From: an uncultured Chloroflexia bacterium
GTDB lineage: Bacteria > Chloroflexota > Dehalococcoidia > DSTF01 > JALHUB01
Assembly (NCBI GenBank): GCA_963726245.1
Contig: CAVSBT010000030.1
Location: 1-64,000 of the forward strand
Direction: 5' to 3'
DNA length: 64,000 bases
In this document: positions 42,276-51,948 of the stretch, piece after piece
Position numbering within the stretch: position 1 is the stretch's first letter
Layout: the number at the start of each line of letters is the position of its first letter
Position numbers and translations under genes: made by a program
Notes under the pieces: generated by a model
Told to the model about the DNA's origin: nothing
Databases searched by the model: none
The model's input: only the letters and a program-made list of their open reading frames with translations

Positions 42276-42381
42276 GATCGTTCTCCTTTCCGGATCCACT
42301 CCTCGCTTACGCAGGCGGAGTGCCCAATACAGTGTTCCAGCGATGGGCCACGAATCGCGGGATCGTGTCCCATTGTCCCGA

Positions 42382-42746
42382 TCATCCTGAGGCCCCGCAA
42401 ACGGCTGCACCAGGCCGTAGCCACGGCCGCGTACCGTCTCGAGCCTGTGGGGCCGTGACGCGGCCAGCTTGGTCCGCAGGCGGCACACCATGACCGCCAA
42501 CCGTCGTCTCTCGCGCGCCCCGCTGGAGCGCCACAAAGTGCGCGTCAGCTCTTCGTAGGCGATGATGCGGTTCGCTTTGTTCACCAGGACCCGCAGCAAC
42601 TCGAACTCCAAGTACGTGAGCTCCGTGGGCTGGTTGGCCACCATCGCCCGGTAGCTCGCCACATCGAGGGCCACGTTGCCTGCGCAGAGCACCGTCATCT
42701 CGGCCGGTGCCGACGACACCCGGACTTGTGACATCGCACGCACCAT
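42382..42746 (-). CDS. OmpR-type winged-helix DNA-binding protein lacking a receiver domain (reads in frame into amtB as assembled; 3' end uncertain)
   Basis: ELTYLEFELL..LW..RLRTKL..LETVRGRGY; SD GGAGG. Confidence 0.78.
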
Positions 42747-42776
42747 GGTTGCTCGTTCCTCCCCACACGAAAGAGT

Positions 42777-42850
42777 ATTGTATCGAGCGTAGCAGCGTCA
42801 GGTTGCGTGTTGAATTCGGGAAGATTACTGGAGGGTTAAATCTGTGTTAC
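42777..42850 (-). promoter_or_regulatory. Promoter with GlnR-box-like 11-bp phased repeats
   Basis: Minus strand GTAAC-N6-TTAAC-N6-GTAAT (42850-42824); TACAAT -10 at 42782-42777. Confidence 0.6.
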
Positions 42851-42865
42851 GCGGTCCGGCGGGGG

Positions 42866-42906
42866 CAGCCCGGCGAGCGTGTCGAACCCCTCGATGAACT
42901 CGCCCA
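42866..42906. repeat. 41-bp direct repeat, copy 2 (LOG gene fragment)
   Basis: 39/41 identical to 37093-37133; intergenic. Confidence 0.9.
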
Positions 42907-42955
42907 CAGCCAGGAACAATAGAGGATGGGGGGTCACCTCTCAGGTCGTGGAGTG

Positions 42956-43795
42956 CTATCCCATCACACGACGCAGGAGGTCGCGGGGCTTCAACACGGT
43001 GGCGCCGCCGATGGCGATGTCCCGCCGTTCGAACGCTCGCAGCGCCATCACAATCAACAGGAGCGTGACACCCAGCAGCAGGGCCACGTGCGGCCAGTCG
43101 ATTCCCTTCACGAGTGGCAGGCCGGCGCCGTAGTAGTAGAACGGCGAGGCGAATCGCAAGCCTGAGACCTCTTGCACCCCGCTCGCCAGGCTGTTCACGA
43201 AGTAGGTGGCTGTGGCAACGCCGGCTGCGACGCCGGCAGCAACGGCCCGGTTGGCCGCTACTGCACTGAGCCATAGCGAGAGGGCGAAGAACAGGAGCGT
43301 GATGGGCAGCATGTTCGCGCATGCCACAGCGGCATCGGCCAGCGTGACGTCGATGGAGACAAAAGGTATCGACACGACGAACCCGACAAACCCCAGGACG
43401 ACCACGAGCACGGCGCCGGCGCAGAACGCCAGGCACTTCTGGAGCACCATCGTCGAGCGGGCGACCGGCTGCGCCATCAGCAGGTCGATCGTGCCGCTGC
43501 CCTCCTCGCCGGCGATGGCCCCCGTGCCCTGGACCACCGCATAGACTATGAGCAGCACCGGTATCCAGCTAAAGAACTCGGCGCTGATGAAACCCGGCGC
43601 GGATGCGTAGCTGAGGTCACTGCCCAGGAAGGCCTGCAGCGCTGGTGGCAACTTGATGCTCTCGACCGTGGTGCGGTACGACGGCCAGATGAAGATGATC
43701 ATTGCGGCCATGGCCAGGAGCGCCAACCCGTAGCCGATTATCTGCCACCTCTGGTCCCGCAGCGACTTGTCAGCAACGTTGAAGATCTGACGCAT
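42956..43795 (-). CDS. ABC-2 type exporter permease
   Basis: IAGEEGSGTIDLLMAQPVAR, SPFYYY, FERRD; six TMs. Confidence 0.88.
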   Translation of the reverse strand: MRQIFNVADKSLRDQRWQIIGYGLALLAMAAMIIFIWPSYRTTVESIKLPPALQAFLGSDLSYASAPGFISAEFFSWIPVLLIVYAVVQGTGAIAGEEGSGTIDLLMAQPVARSTMVLQKCLAFCAGAVLVVVLGFVGFVVSIPFVSIDVTLADAAVACANMLPITLLFFALSLWLSAVAANRAVAAGVAAGVATATYFVNSLASGVQEVSGLRFASPFYYYGAGLPLVKGIDWPHVALLLGVTLLLIVMALRAFERRDIAIGGATVLKPRDLLRRVMG

Positions 43796-44702
43796 CGGCT
43801 TCCTCCTCCGGCTCTGCAGCCGAGTAGTAGGCGAGGAAGACATCCTCCAGGCTCGGCTGCTCCGTCCGCAGGTCGATCACTTGCTGTCGCCCTATCGCCT
43901 TGATGACGGCGTCCAGGCTGTCGCGCGACTGGACATGCACGGTGTTGCCGTCTCGCCTCAGCTCGCGCACCCCGGGCAGCGCGAACAGGTCGGCAGGGGG
44001 CGGCTCTGCGAAAGTCACCTCCAGGATGTGCACGCTTCGCCCCTTTAGCCTCGCGATATCCTCCACGGCCACTATCGAGCCGCTCCTGATGATGGCGACG
44101 GCGTGGCTCAGCCGTTCGACCTCTGAGAGGACGTGGGATGAGAAGAAGACGCTCCGCCCGTCGGCGACCGCCTCCTCCAGCAGTCGCGCCACCTCCTGCT
44201 GCACCAGCGGGTCGAGGCCGCTCGTCGGCTCGTCGAGGATGAGCAGCTCCGGCCGGTGCATCAACGCCTGCACCAGCCCCATCTTCTGCTTGTTGCCCTT
44301 GGAGAGCGTCCGAATGGTCAGCGACGGGTCGAGGTCCAGCCGTTCCAGCAGGTCCCGTCGGTAAGCCGGGTCGCGCTTGTCCGGCCGGAAGGAGTCGACC
44401 AGGTCAAGGAAGTCGTGCCCGCGCATCCCCTCGTACAGCCGCAGGTCGCCCGGGAGGTAGCCGACACGCCGCCGCACCTCCAGCGACTGCCGCTGCGCGT
44501 CGAGGCCGAGGACGCGCGCGGTGCCGGCCGTCGGGCGGATCAGGTCGAGGAGGATACGCATCGTCGTCGTCTTGCCGGCGCCGTTCGGCCCCAGGAAGCC
44601 ATAAATCTGGCCCGCCTCGACGCTGAGGTCGATCCCGCGCAGAGCACGCACTTGCCCGTAGTCCTTCACGACACCCCGCAGCTCGATTACCGGAACGGAC
44701 AC
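43770..44702 (-). CDS. ABC exporter ATP-binding protein
   Basis: GPNGAGKTT, LSKGNKQK, ILDEPTSGLDP, SSH, SLEDVFL. Confidence 0.92.
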   Translation of the reverse strand: MSVPVIELRGVVKDYGQVRALRGIDLSVEAGQIYGFLGPNGAGKTTTMRILLDLIRPTAGTARVLGLDAQRQSLEVRRRVGYLPGDLRLYEGMRGHDFLDLVDSFRPDKRDPAYRRDLLERLDLDPSLTIRTLSKGNKQKMGLVQALMHRPELLILDEPTSGLDPLVQQEVARLLEEAVADGRSVFFSSHVLSEVERLSHAVAIIRSGSIVAVEDIARLKGRSVHILEVTFAEPPPADLFALPGVRELRRDGNTVHVQSRDSLDAVIKAIGRQQVIDLRTEQPSLEDVFLAYYSAAEPEEEADASDLQRC

Positions 44703-44775
44703 GACGCGTTTCCCTTCTCTAACGGTCGGCCTATTATATTGGCGAAGCAGCGAAAAGATCAGCCGCGCGGCGGCA

Positions 44776-45575
44776 TTATTCGCCCTGGGTTCGCCGCCGG
44801 CGAGGAAACCAGGGAATGAAGGCCGACGTGGTCTCGATGTAATCTCTGTACTGCGGCTTGGTCTCGACCTGCCTCCTCTCGAGCAGGGCCACCCCCGAAA
44901 CCCTCAGCAGCAGCCCCGTCATGATCAGGGGGCCGTACACGGTCCAGGCCCCGTGCACGGTGGCCGCAGCGATGATGAAGCAGCCCCACCAGACGGTTGC
45001 GTCGCCGAAGTAGTTGGGATGCCGGGTGTAAGCCCAGAGGCCGGTACGCATCACCTTCCCGCGGTTGGCAGGGTCGGCCTTAAAGCGCGCTAGCTGCCAG
45101 TCGCCGACAGCCTCGAACAGGAAGCCGGTGCCCCATACCAGTGCTCCCAAGAGGTCGACCACGTTCAGTTCGTCGGGCGACTTGTAGAACTGGGCGCCCA
45201 GGATGGGGGCAGAGATGAGCCAGAGCAGCAGCCCTTGCAGCAGGAAGACCTGAAGGAGGCTGGTCCACCAGAACCTATCGCCCGCCTGCTCCCGCCAGCG
45301 CCGGTAGCGGTAGTCCTCCCCCTTGCCCCAGTTCCGCCACAGGATGTAGGCCGAAAGCCTCAGCCCCCAGACACCGACAAGGCAGGTGATGAGGATCTTG
45401 CGTCCGATGAACCCGTCGGTGAGGACGAAGTAGACAGCGGCCAGGAGCAGGAAGCCCAGCCCCCAGAAGATGTCGACGACACTGGCATCCTTCCTGGCCA
45501 GGCTGAGCAGCCAGACCAGGATCACATACGTCAGCGCGCAAACAGGGAGAGGCTGAGGACATCGAGCAAGGCCAT
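44776..45575 (-). CDS. DUF1295 / steroid 5-alpha-reductase-like membrane protein (start uncertain)
   Basis: SVVDIFWG, WGLRL, EDYRY, EAVGDWQL, GLWAYTRHPNYFG. Confidence 0.88.
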
Positions 45576-45614
45576 CTCTGCCCGACAAGATCACGGCTGG
45601 ACCGCCGAGAGCTC

Positions 45615-46829
45615 CTATCCCACACGCTCGACCACGGCCGCGATGCCCTGACCGCCGCCGATGCACATCGTCTCCAGCCCGAAGCGGACCTGACGCCGCG
45701 CCATCTCGTTCAGCATCGTTGCCATGATGCGGCCGCCCGTGGCGCCCACAGGATGGCCGATGGAGATGCCCGAGCCGTTGACGTTCGTCCGGTCGAAGTC
45801 ACGCTCCGTGAACCCCCACTCGCGGGTGCAGGCCAGCACCTGCGATGCGAAGGCCTCGTTCAGCTCGATCAGCTCCATGTCCTTCAGGGTGAGCCCCGCG
45901 TGCTCCAGCGCCTTCTTGCTGGCGGGCACGGGACCCAAGCCCATGTAGGCAGGGTGCACACCGGCCACCGCCCAGGAGACGAGCTTGCCCATCGGCTTCA
46001 GGCCGAGCTCGGCCGCCTTCTCCGGAAAGGTGATGAGGCAGCAGGCGGCGGCGTCGTTCTCGCCGCTGGCGTTGCCGGCGGTGACGGTTGCCTCCGGGTC
46101 TTGCTTGAGACGGATCGGCCGCAGCGAGGCCAGTCGCTCCAACGTCGTGTCGGCCCGCGGATGCTCATCCCGGGCAAAGACTGTGGGCTCGCCCTTCTTC
46201 GACGGCACGGTGACAGGCACGGTCTCCGCGTCGAACCTGCCGGCCTCCCAAGCGGCGACGGCGCGCTGGTGAGAACGAAGCGCCAGCTCGTCCTGCTCCT
46301 CACGCGGGATCTTGTACTGGCGGCGGAGGTTCTCCGCCGTCTCCAGCATGCCGCCCTCGACCGGATAGCGGCGGCTGCCGGCCGTCACGCGGCCGCGGTT
46401 GAGCCGGTCCAAGAGAGTCAAGTCGCCGCGGTTCGGTCCCCAGCGCATGTTGTTGACGTAGAACTCCGCGTTGCTCATGCTCTCCACGCCGCCGGCCAGC
46501 ACCACGTCGGCCGCGCCGGTCTGCACCTCCATGGCCGCAAAACAGATCGCGAGAAGCCCGGAGCCGCAGCGGCGGTCGACCTGACACCCCGGCACCTCAA
46601 CCGGCAGCCCAGCCTGCAACACGGCGAGCCGGCCAATAGCCGGCGTCTCGCCGTTGGGGTAGCAGTGCCCGAAGACACAGTCGTCGATCACACGCGGGTC
46701 CAGCTTCGTCCGCTCCAGCACAGCGCCGACGACCAGTGCCGCCAGCGTCTCCACGTCGACATCGCGGAGCGCACCACCAAAGCGGCCAACCGGCGTGCGC
46801 ACCGGGCTACAGATTACGGCTTCGCGCAT
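45615..46829 (-). CDS. Acetyl-CoA acetyltransferase (thiolase)
   Basis: RTPVGRFGG, RRCGSG, NEAFA, GHPVGATG, CIGGGQG. Confidence 0.95.
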   Translation of the reverse strand: MREAVICSPVRTPVGRFGGALRDVDVETLAALVVGAVLERTKLDPRVIDDCVFGHCYPNGETPAIGRLAVLQAGLPVEVPGCQVDRRCGSGLLAICFAAMEVQTGAADVVLAGGVESMSNAEFYVNNMRWGPNRGDLTLLDRLNRGRVTAGSRRYPVEGGMLETAENLRRQYKIPREEQDELALRSHQRAVAAWEAGRFDAETVPVTVPSKKGEPTVFARDEHPRADTTLERLASLRPIRLKQDPEATVTAGNASGENDAAACCLITFPEKAAELGLKPMGKLVSWAVAGVHPAYMGLGPVPASKKALEHAGLTLKDMELIELNEAFASQVLACTREWGFTERDFDRTNVNGSGISIGHPVGATGGRIMATMLNEMARRQVRFGLETMCIGGGQGIAAVVERVG

Positions 46830-47162
46830 GATCGTCCTCCTAATCCAAGCCTTCCTATCTGAGGTTGCCAACTGCGCCGACAGAGCGCAGGACACTATCG
46901 AAACGTGCTCATCGTACCACCGGCCTTTGCCTCGGCCAAGACGAACCTGCGATGCGGGCGGCCACCCGCAAACGCGGGGCGCGGCTGGCCAGTTGCGCAT
47001 CTCCACCAGTCTGCTTGACCGTTGCGGATGCCATCCGCACACTTCCCTCTAGACAGCGTTCGCGTTCTGCCGTGGTGATAGTGATCGCCCGGTCGTGCCC
47101 GGCCAAGAAAGCCGAGGGCGGCCCGAGCGGCGCGACGGCATGGGGCAAAGGAGGTCGTCGCC

Positions 47163-48458
47163 ATGCTGGGAGGACACAGATACTGGCGGGCAGGCATTCG
47201 TTCTGGCACGGGAGGCGTCAGGCGATGGATCCTGGCCGGCGTCGCACTGTGTCTGATCACCCTGGTCGCCATCTCGTGCGGCGGCTCGTCTCATCAAGAC
47301 GGCTCGCCCTCAGCGACCGCACCGTCCTCGCCGGCGCCGTCGAACACTGTCTGGCTGTGCCGCCCCGGACTCGCCAACAATCCCTGCGAAAGCGATCTCA
47401 CGACCACGGTGGTGTCTGCCGACGGCTCGAGCACCACCGAGGCGGCGACTCCGGCGAAGGACCCGCCGATCGACTGCTTCTACGTGTACCCAACGGTCAG
47501 CGGCCAGACAACCACGAACGCCAACCTGGACATCGACCCGGAAGAAAAGGCAGTCGCCGTCCAGCAGGCGGCCCGCTTCTCGCAGGTATGCAAGGTGTAC
47601 GCCCCCATGTACCGGCAGCTCACCGTGGCGGGGCTCGGCGCGGCGGTCGGCACGGCGGGTGGGGGCGGACTGCGAGGTCCCAACCCGGCCTACGCCGACG
47701 TGCTCTCCGCGTGGCAGGACTACCTAGCCCATTACAACAACGGCCGGGGGGTCGTCCTCATCGGCCACTCCCAGGGGGCAGCCATGCTGGCCCGTCTGGT
47801 CACGTCTGAGATCGACCCCAACCCGGCCTTGCGTGCCCGCCTTGTCTCGGCGCTGCTGATGGCCGGCAACATATCGGTCGCCGCGGGTCAGGACGTGGGT
47901 GGTGACTTTCAGAACATTCCCGCCTGCCGGTCCGCCGATCAAACAGGCTGTGTGGTGGCCTACTCAAGCTTCATCCAGCCGCCGCCGCCCGATACCCCGT
48001 GGGGCAGGGTGAACGTCGGCCTGAGGTTGGGCGAGCAAGCCAATGGGAATCTAGAGGTGCTGTGCGTCAACCCGGCTTCGCTTTCAGGGGGCACGGGCCC
48101 GCTGGAGCCCTACTTCTTGGCCACTCGTCTCCCCGGGGTATTTGGCGCCGACTTGATCGGAACACCCTCCGCCCCCACGCCGTGGCTGGCCTACCCCGGC
48201 CTCTACACCGCCCACTGCGAGAGCTCCGGCGGCACCAACTGGCTGCAGGTTGACGCCACCAATATCGCCGGTGACCAAAGGTGGGTAGCAAGGCAGACGC
48301 TCGGGCCCACATGGGGGTTGCACCTCGTCGATGTGAACATCGCGATGGGCAACCTCGTGGACCTCGTTCGCCAGCAGGCCGCACGCCTACTCACACTGAG
48401 GGAAGCGGGGATTGAGGTTGTCCTACTGAGGAGCCGCCCGATCGTGGACTCTGCTTGA
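47163..48458 (+). CDS. DUF3089 alpha/beta-hydrolase lipoprotein (both ends uncertain)
   Basis: Lipobox AISC, DCFYVYPTVS, APMYRQ, GHSQG, CVNP, LHLVD. Confidence 0.85.
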   Translation: MLGGHRYWRAGIRSGTGGVRRWILAGVALCLITLVAISCGGSSHQDGSPSATAPSSPAPSNTVWLCRPGLANNPCESDLTTTVVSADGSSTTEAATPAKDPPIDCFYVYPTVSGQTTTNANLDIDPEEKAVAVQQAARFSQVCKVYAPMYRQLTVAGLGAAVGTAGGGGLRGPNPAYADVLSAWQDYLAHYNNGRGVVLIGHSQGAAMLARLVTSEIDPNPALRARLVSALLMAGNISVAAGQDVGGDFQNIPACRSADQTGCVVAYSSFIQPPPPDTPWGRVNVGLRLGEQANGNLEVLCVNPASLSGGTGPLEPYFLATRLPGVFGADLIGTPSAPTPWLAYPGLYTAHCESSGGTNWLQVDATNIAGDQRWVARQTLGPTWGLHLVDVNIAMGNLVDLVRQQAARLLTLREAGIEVVLLRSRPIVDSA

Positions 48459-49410
48459 AGATCTGGCTCGGGTTCGCAGCCATCAGGCCGTCGATGGCCG
48501 CGGGTATGAGGAGAAAGCCGAGCACCAGCACGCCCTGGCCACCGGTCACCGCCAGCAGAGAGCCCGGCCCCCTCGCGCCTGATGTGACGGCCAGGATCAC
48601 CAGCACGCTACTCACCAACGTGACCAGTCTTGCTGTTCGGGACTGGGCACGCACGATGGTCGCCCCCGCCAGGGCCATGCCCAGACACGCGCCGCCCAGC
48701 GAGGCGTCGTAGCCAGCCGCCTGCGACCAGTCGGGCCCGACAATGCCTCCGGCGTGATGCACGGCGGCCAGCCACATCGTCACAGCCGGGAGCGGTGAGA
48801 GCATCACGGAGGCCAGGACCCAGTCGCGCCGCACCACCACCACGGTGCACCAGCACAAGACCAGCACCGCCAGCGGGTAGTACACGACCGCGCCGGATAC
48901 GCCCAGCAGGACGATCGGGTTCTTCGTGCCTCCTGCCACGTCAGACGCATGGCTCCGAAGGATCAAGAAGGCCAGGTAGCCACACACGACTAGCATGGCC
49001 ATCGCAATGCCCGCCCAGGTGTAGAACCACGATGGCTTGCCGTGCCATGAGGCGCCCAGGGTGACCACCACTACGACCGCGCCAAACGCTGCCAGCGCCG
49101 CCGGATTGTGCCACAAGTGGGTCGCGAAGAGGACGGCCGCCAGCAGGAACGGAATGGCGGCAAGAAGGGCCTCTCGCCACGTTACCTGAGTGTGAGCTTC
49201 TTGCAGCAGCCTCGCCAGAACGCGGGGGCGCCCGAGGTGACGTCGGAGCACCTTCTCAAGAACCTCATCCCCCTGACCCTTCTGCCGCAACTCCTGCAGG
49301 CAGTCGTCGGCGTGGGTTTGCAGCTCCCTGAGAACGTCGTCAGCCGCCGCCGGCTCCAAGGAGAGGCTTCGCCGCAGCTCGTCAAAGTAGGACCCGAGTT
49401 GGGGTATCAC
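48391..49410 (-). CDS. Polytopic membrane protein with N-terminal HAAS-like helical domain
   Basis: YFDELRRSL..DVLRELQTHADD..LGRPRVLA followed by about 8 TMs; directly downstream of padR. Confidence 0.72.
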   Translation of the reverse strand: MIPQLGSYFDELRRSLSLEPAAADDVLRELQTHADDCLQELRQKGQGDEVLEKVLRRHLGRPRVLARLLQEAHTQVTWREALLAAIPFLLAAVLFATHLWHNPAALAAFGAVVVVVTLGASWHGKPSWFYTWAGIAMAMLVVCGYLAFLILRSHASDVAGGTKNPIVLLGVSGAVVYYPLAVLVLCWCTVVVVRRDWVLASVMLSPLPAVTMWLAAVHHAGGIVGPDWSQAAGYDASLGGACLGMALAGATIVRAQSRTARLVTLVSSVLVILAVTSGARGPGSLLAVTGGQGVLVLGFLLIPAAIDGLMAANPSQIFKQSPRSGGSSVGQPQSPLPSV

Positions 49411-49432
49411 AGTCTCGGGCGCTCCTTCGCCA

Positions 49433-49762
49433 CTAAGCTGGCCTGGTGATCATCCTGACAGCCGTGGCAAATCCCTGCCACTGAACCAGTTGTTCAGCCA
49501 GCCTCCGTTGGCCCTTAGGGGTGACTGTGTAGTAGCGCCGCTCCTGCCCCGCCGTAAGCCGGCGCCATCGCCCGGAGACATATCCATCATGTTCCAAGCG
49601 GTGCAGTGCTGGATAGAGGGTCCCCTCGCGAAACTTGAAGTAACCCTCGCTGCGGCTATCAAGCTCCTTCATGATCTGGTAGCCATACATCGCCTCTTCT
49701 TGCAGGAGGGCGAGAAGGAGCAGGTCGGTGTTCCCCTTTAGGAGCTGAGAAATGTAACGCAT
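49433..49762 (-). CDS. PadR-family transcriptional regulator (short subfamily)
   Basis: LLKG..LLLALL..MYGYQI..EGTLYPALHRLE..RRYYTVT. Confidence 0.93.
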   Translation of the reverse strand: MRYISQLLKGNTDLLLLALLQEEAMYGYQIMKELDSRSEGYFKFREGTLYPALHRLEHDGYVSGRWRRLTAGQERRYYTVTPKGQRRLAEQLVQWQGFATAVRMITRPA

Positions 49763-49768
49763 GGCACC

Positions 49769-49876
49769 TCGTATCCCAAGGATGTCGATTACCTAGGGTC
49801 AACTTACGCCCGCCCCGTTTGCCTGTCAATGGCCTTCCAAGAGCGCCTTGACAAGAGCTAGGACCTCGATTACCGT
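49769..49876. promoter_or_regulatory. Divergent promoters with CTAG-N4-TCGA operators
   Basis: Minus TTGACA(49829)-17-TAAGTT; plus TTGACA(49848)-17-TACCGT; operators at 49785-49796 and 49858-49869, degenerate copy 49769-49780. Confidence 0.7.
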
Positions 49877-49919
49877 TGTATATTGGCAACCGAGGACACT
49901 CCCCCGAGAGACGCAACCC

Positions 49920-50971
49920 ATGTCTACCGCGACTATTGGTCTCGTCTCGCCACCGACCTTCCTGCAGCGATACCGGCAGGAGATCGACGCCGAATTGCGG
50001 GCGCTGGTCGAGGGCCGGCCGGCGGCCTTCTCTCCCCAGGTGCGCTATCAACTGGGCTGGATCGACGAGCAGGGGCAGCCCTCGGTCAGTGGGCGGTGGC
50101 AAGGCGCTGCGTCCCTCCCTCGCTGCTCCTGACATGCGACGGCCTGGGCGGCGATCATAGTCAGGCGCTTCCGCTGGCGGCCGCCATCGAGCTCGCGCAC
50201 AACTTCTCCCTCGTCCACGACGACGTACAGGACGGCGACCGGGAGCGCCGCCATCATCCTACAGCCTGGGTCCTCTGGGGCGTGCCCCAAGCCATCAACC
50301 TGGGGGACGCCCTGGCCGGCCTCGCCCTGTCCGCCCTCCACAGCGCTTGCGAACGCGGCCTGTCACCCTCCCAAGCGCTCGAGGCGCGCAGCATCCTGGC
50401 AAAGGCCTGCCTGGAGTTGATCGAAGGCCAGCAGATGGACCTCTCGCTCGAAGAAGAGAGGAGGGTCTCCCTCCCTGACTACCTCATGATGGCGGAGAGG
50501 AAGACCGGCGCCCTCATGGGCGCCTCCCTGGAGCTGGGAGCTCTGGTCGCGGGAGGCGCGGGCGCGCAGCTTGCGGCCTGCCGTCAGGCCGGGCGCAGCC
50601 TCGGCCTCGCCTTCCAGGTTCGCGACGACTGCCTCGCTATCTGGAGCGACCGCTCTGAGACGGGCAAGGACGCCGGCGGCGACATCCTGCGCAAGAAGAA
50701 GTCACTGCCCGTCGTGTTCGGCCTTTCTCAGACAGGGGCTCTCGCCGCAGAGCTCGGCCGCATCTACAGACGAAACGCCCTCTCGCCGGAGGACGTGGAG
50801 CACGTCCGCTGTCTCCTCACCGAAGCGGGGGCGCTCACCTTCGCCCGCCGTCTCGCTGACGAGCTTGGCCAGACAGCGCTCCTCCAGCTACAGAGCGTGG
50901 GGCTGGCGCCCTGGGCGCAGGAGGAGCTCCGCCTGCTGGTCGACTACCTGATCCAAGATTTGAAACGATGA
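49920..50971 (+). CDS. Polyprenyl (FPP/GGPP) diphosphate synthase (frameshift near 50100)
   Basis: GGKALRP, HNFSLVHDDVQD..RR, GQQMD, KT, FQVRDD. Confidence 0.92.
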
Positions 50972-50993
50972 ACGACATCCGGCAACGGCATGA

Positions 50994-51053
50994 GTAGGGG
51001 CGACCCCCGTGGTCGCCCGGCGGCCTAGGGCAGGCACGGGGGCCTGCCCCTAC
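50994..51053. repeat. Inverted REP doublet (REPIN-like)
   Basis: GTAGGGGCGACCCCCGTGGTCGCCC and inverted AGGGCAGGCACGGGGGCCTGCCCCTAC. Confidence 0.72.
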
Positions 51054-51066
51054 AGAGGGGATCGAG

Positions 51067-51948
51067 ATGCGGATCGAGCTGGCGACGCCCTTCGGGTTCT
51101 GCTTCGGGGTCAGGCGGGCCATCCAGATGGTCGAGCAGGCGGTCGCGGACAGTGGGGAGATCTCCAGCTTGGGATCCATCGTCCACAACCCGAAGGTCGT
51201 CGGGCGCCTCGGCGAGCGGGGCGTACGCGTGGTGCAGCACTTCGATGATGTGGCGGGCACGGTGGCCTTCACCGCTCATGGCGCCGGACCCGCGACCTAT
51301 GAGGAGGCGGCGAAGCGGAGCCTGGCGGTGGTCGATACGACCTGCCCCATCGTGGCCAAGGCGCAGCGTGCGGCCACGCGGCTCACCAGAGCCGGCTTCC
51401 GCGTCATCATCTATGGCGATGAGATGCATCCTGAAGTCCGAGGAGTGCTGGCCTGGACCAGAGGAAAGGGGGTGGCCATTCTGGATCCTCAAATGGAGAT
51501 CGATATCCCGGGTCGCAAGGTGGCGCTGCTTTCGCAGACCACCAAGAGTCAGCAGGCCTTCGCCAGCTTTGTGGGCGAGTTCTTGGCCGCCAACATCGGC
51601 CGCATCAACGAGGTCCGCATCGTCAACACCACCTGCCCGGAGACGGAGGATCGCTATGAGGCTGCCCGTCGCCTGGCGATGAACGCGGACCTGATGATCG
51701 TCGTAGGCGGAAAGAACAGCGCCAACACCTGCAAGCTGGCGGACACCTGCGCAGCAGCCGGCGCCAAGACCTACCACGTCGAGTCAGCCGAGGACATCGA
51801 CCCCGCGTGGATCGAAGGCCGCGAGGTCGTGGGGGTGACGGCCGGCGCTTCTACGCCTGACGAGTGCGTGGATGAGGTCATCACACACCTCAGGCAGCTC
51901 GACCGGCGGCGGAACGGGAGGGCGACTCGTGCTCGAACCGGCCGCTAA
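51067..51948 (+). CDS. ispH: 4-hydroxy-3-methylbut-2-enyl diphosphate reductase
   Basis: GFCFGV, IVHN, AHG, DTTCP, HPEV, SQTT, TTC, NSAN, TAGASTP. Confidence 0.95.
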   Translation: MRIELATPFGFCFGVRRAIQMVEQAVADSGEISSLGSIVHNPKVVGRLGERGVRVVQHFDDVAGTVAFTAHGAGPATYEEAAKRSLAVVDTTCPIVAKAQRAATRLTRAGFRVIIYGDEMHPEVRGVLAWTRGKGVAILDPQMEIDIPGRKVALLSQTTKSQQAFASFVGEFLAANIGRINEVRIVNTTCPETEDRYEAARRLAMNADLMIVVGGKNSANTCKLADTCAAAGAKTYHVESAEDIDPAWIEGREVVGVTAGASTPDECVDEVITHLRQLDRRRNGRATRARTGR

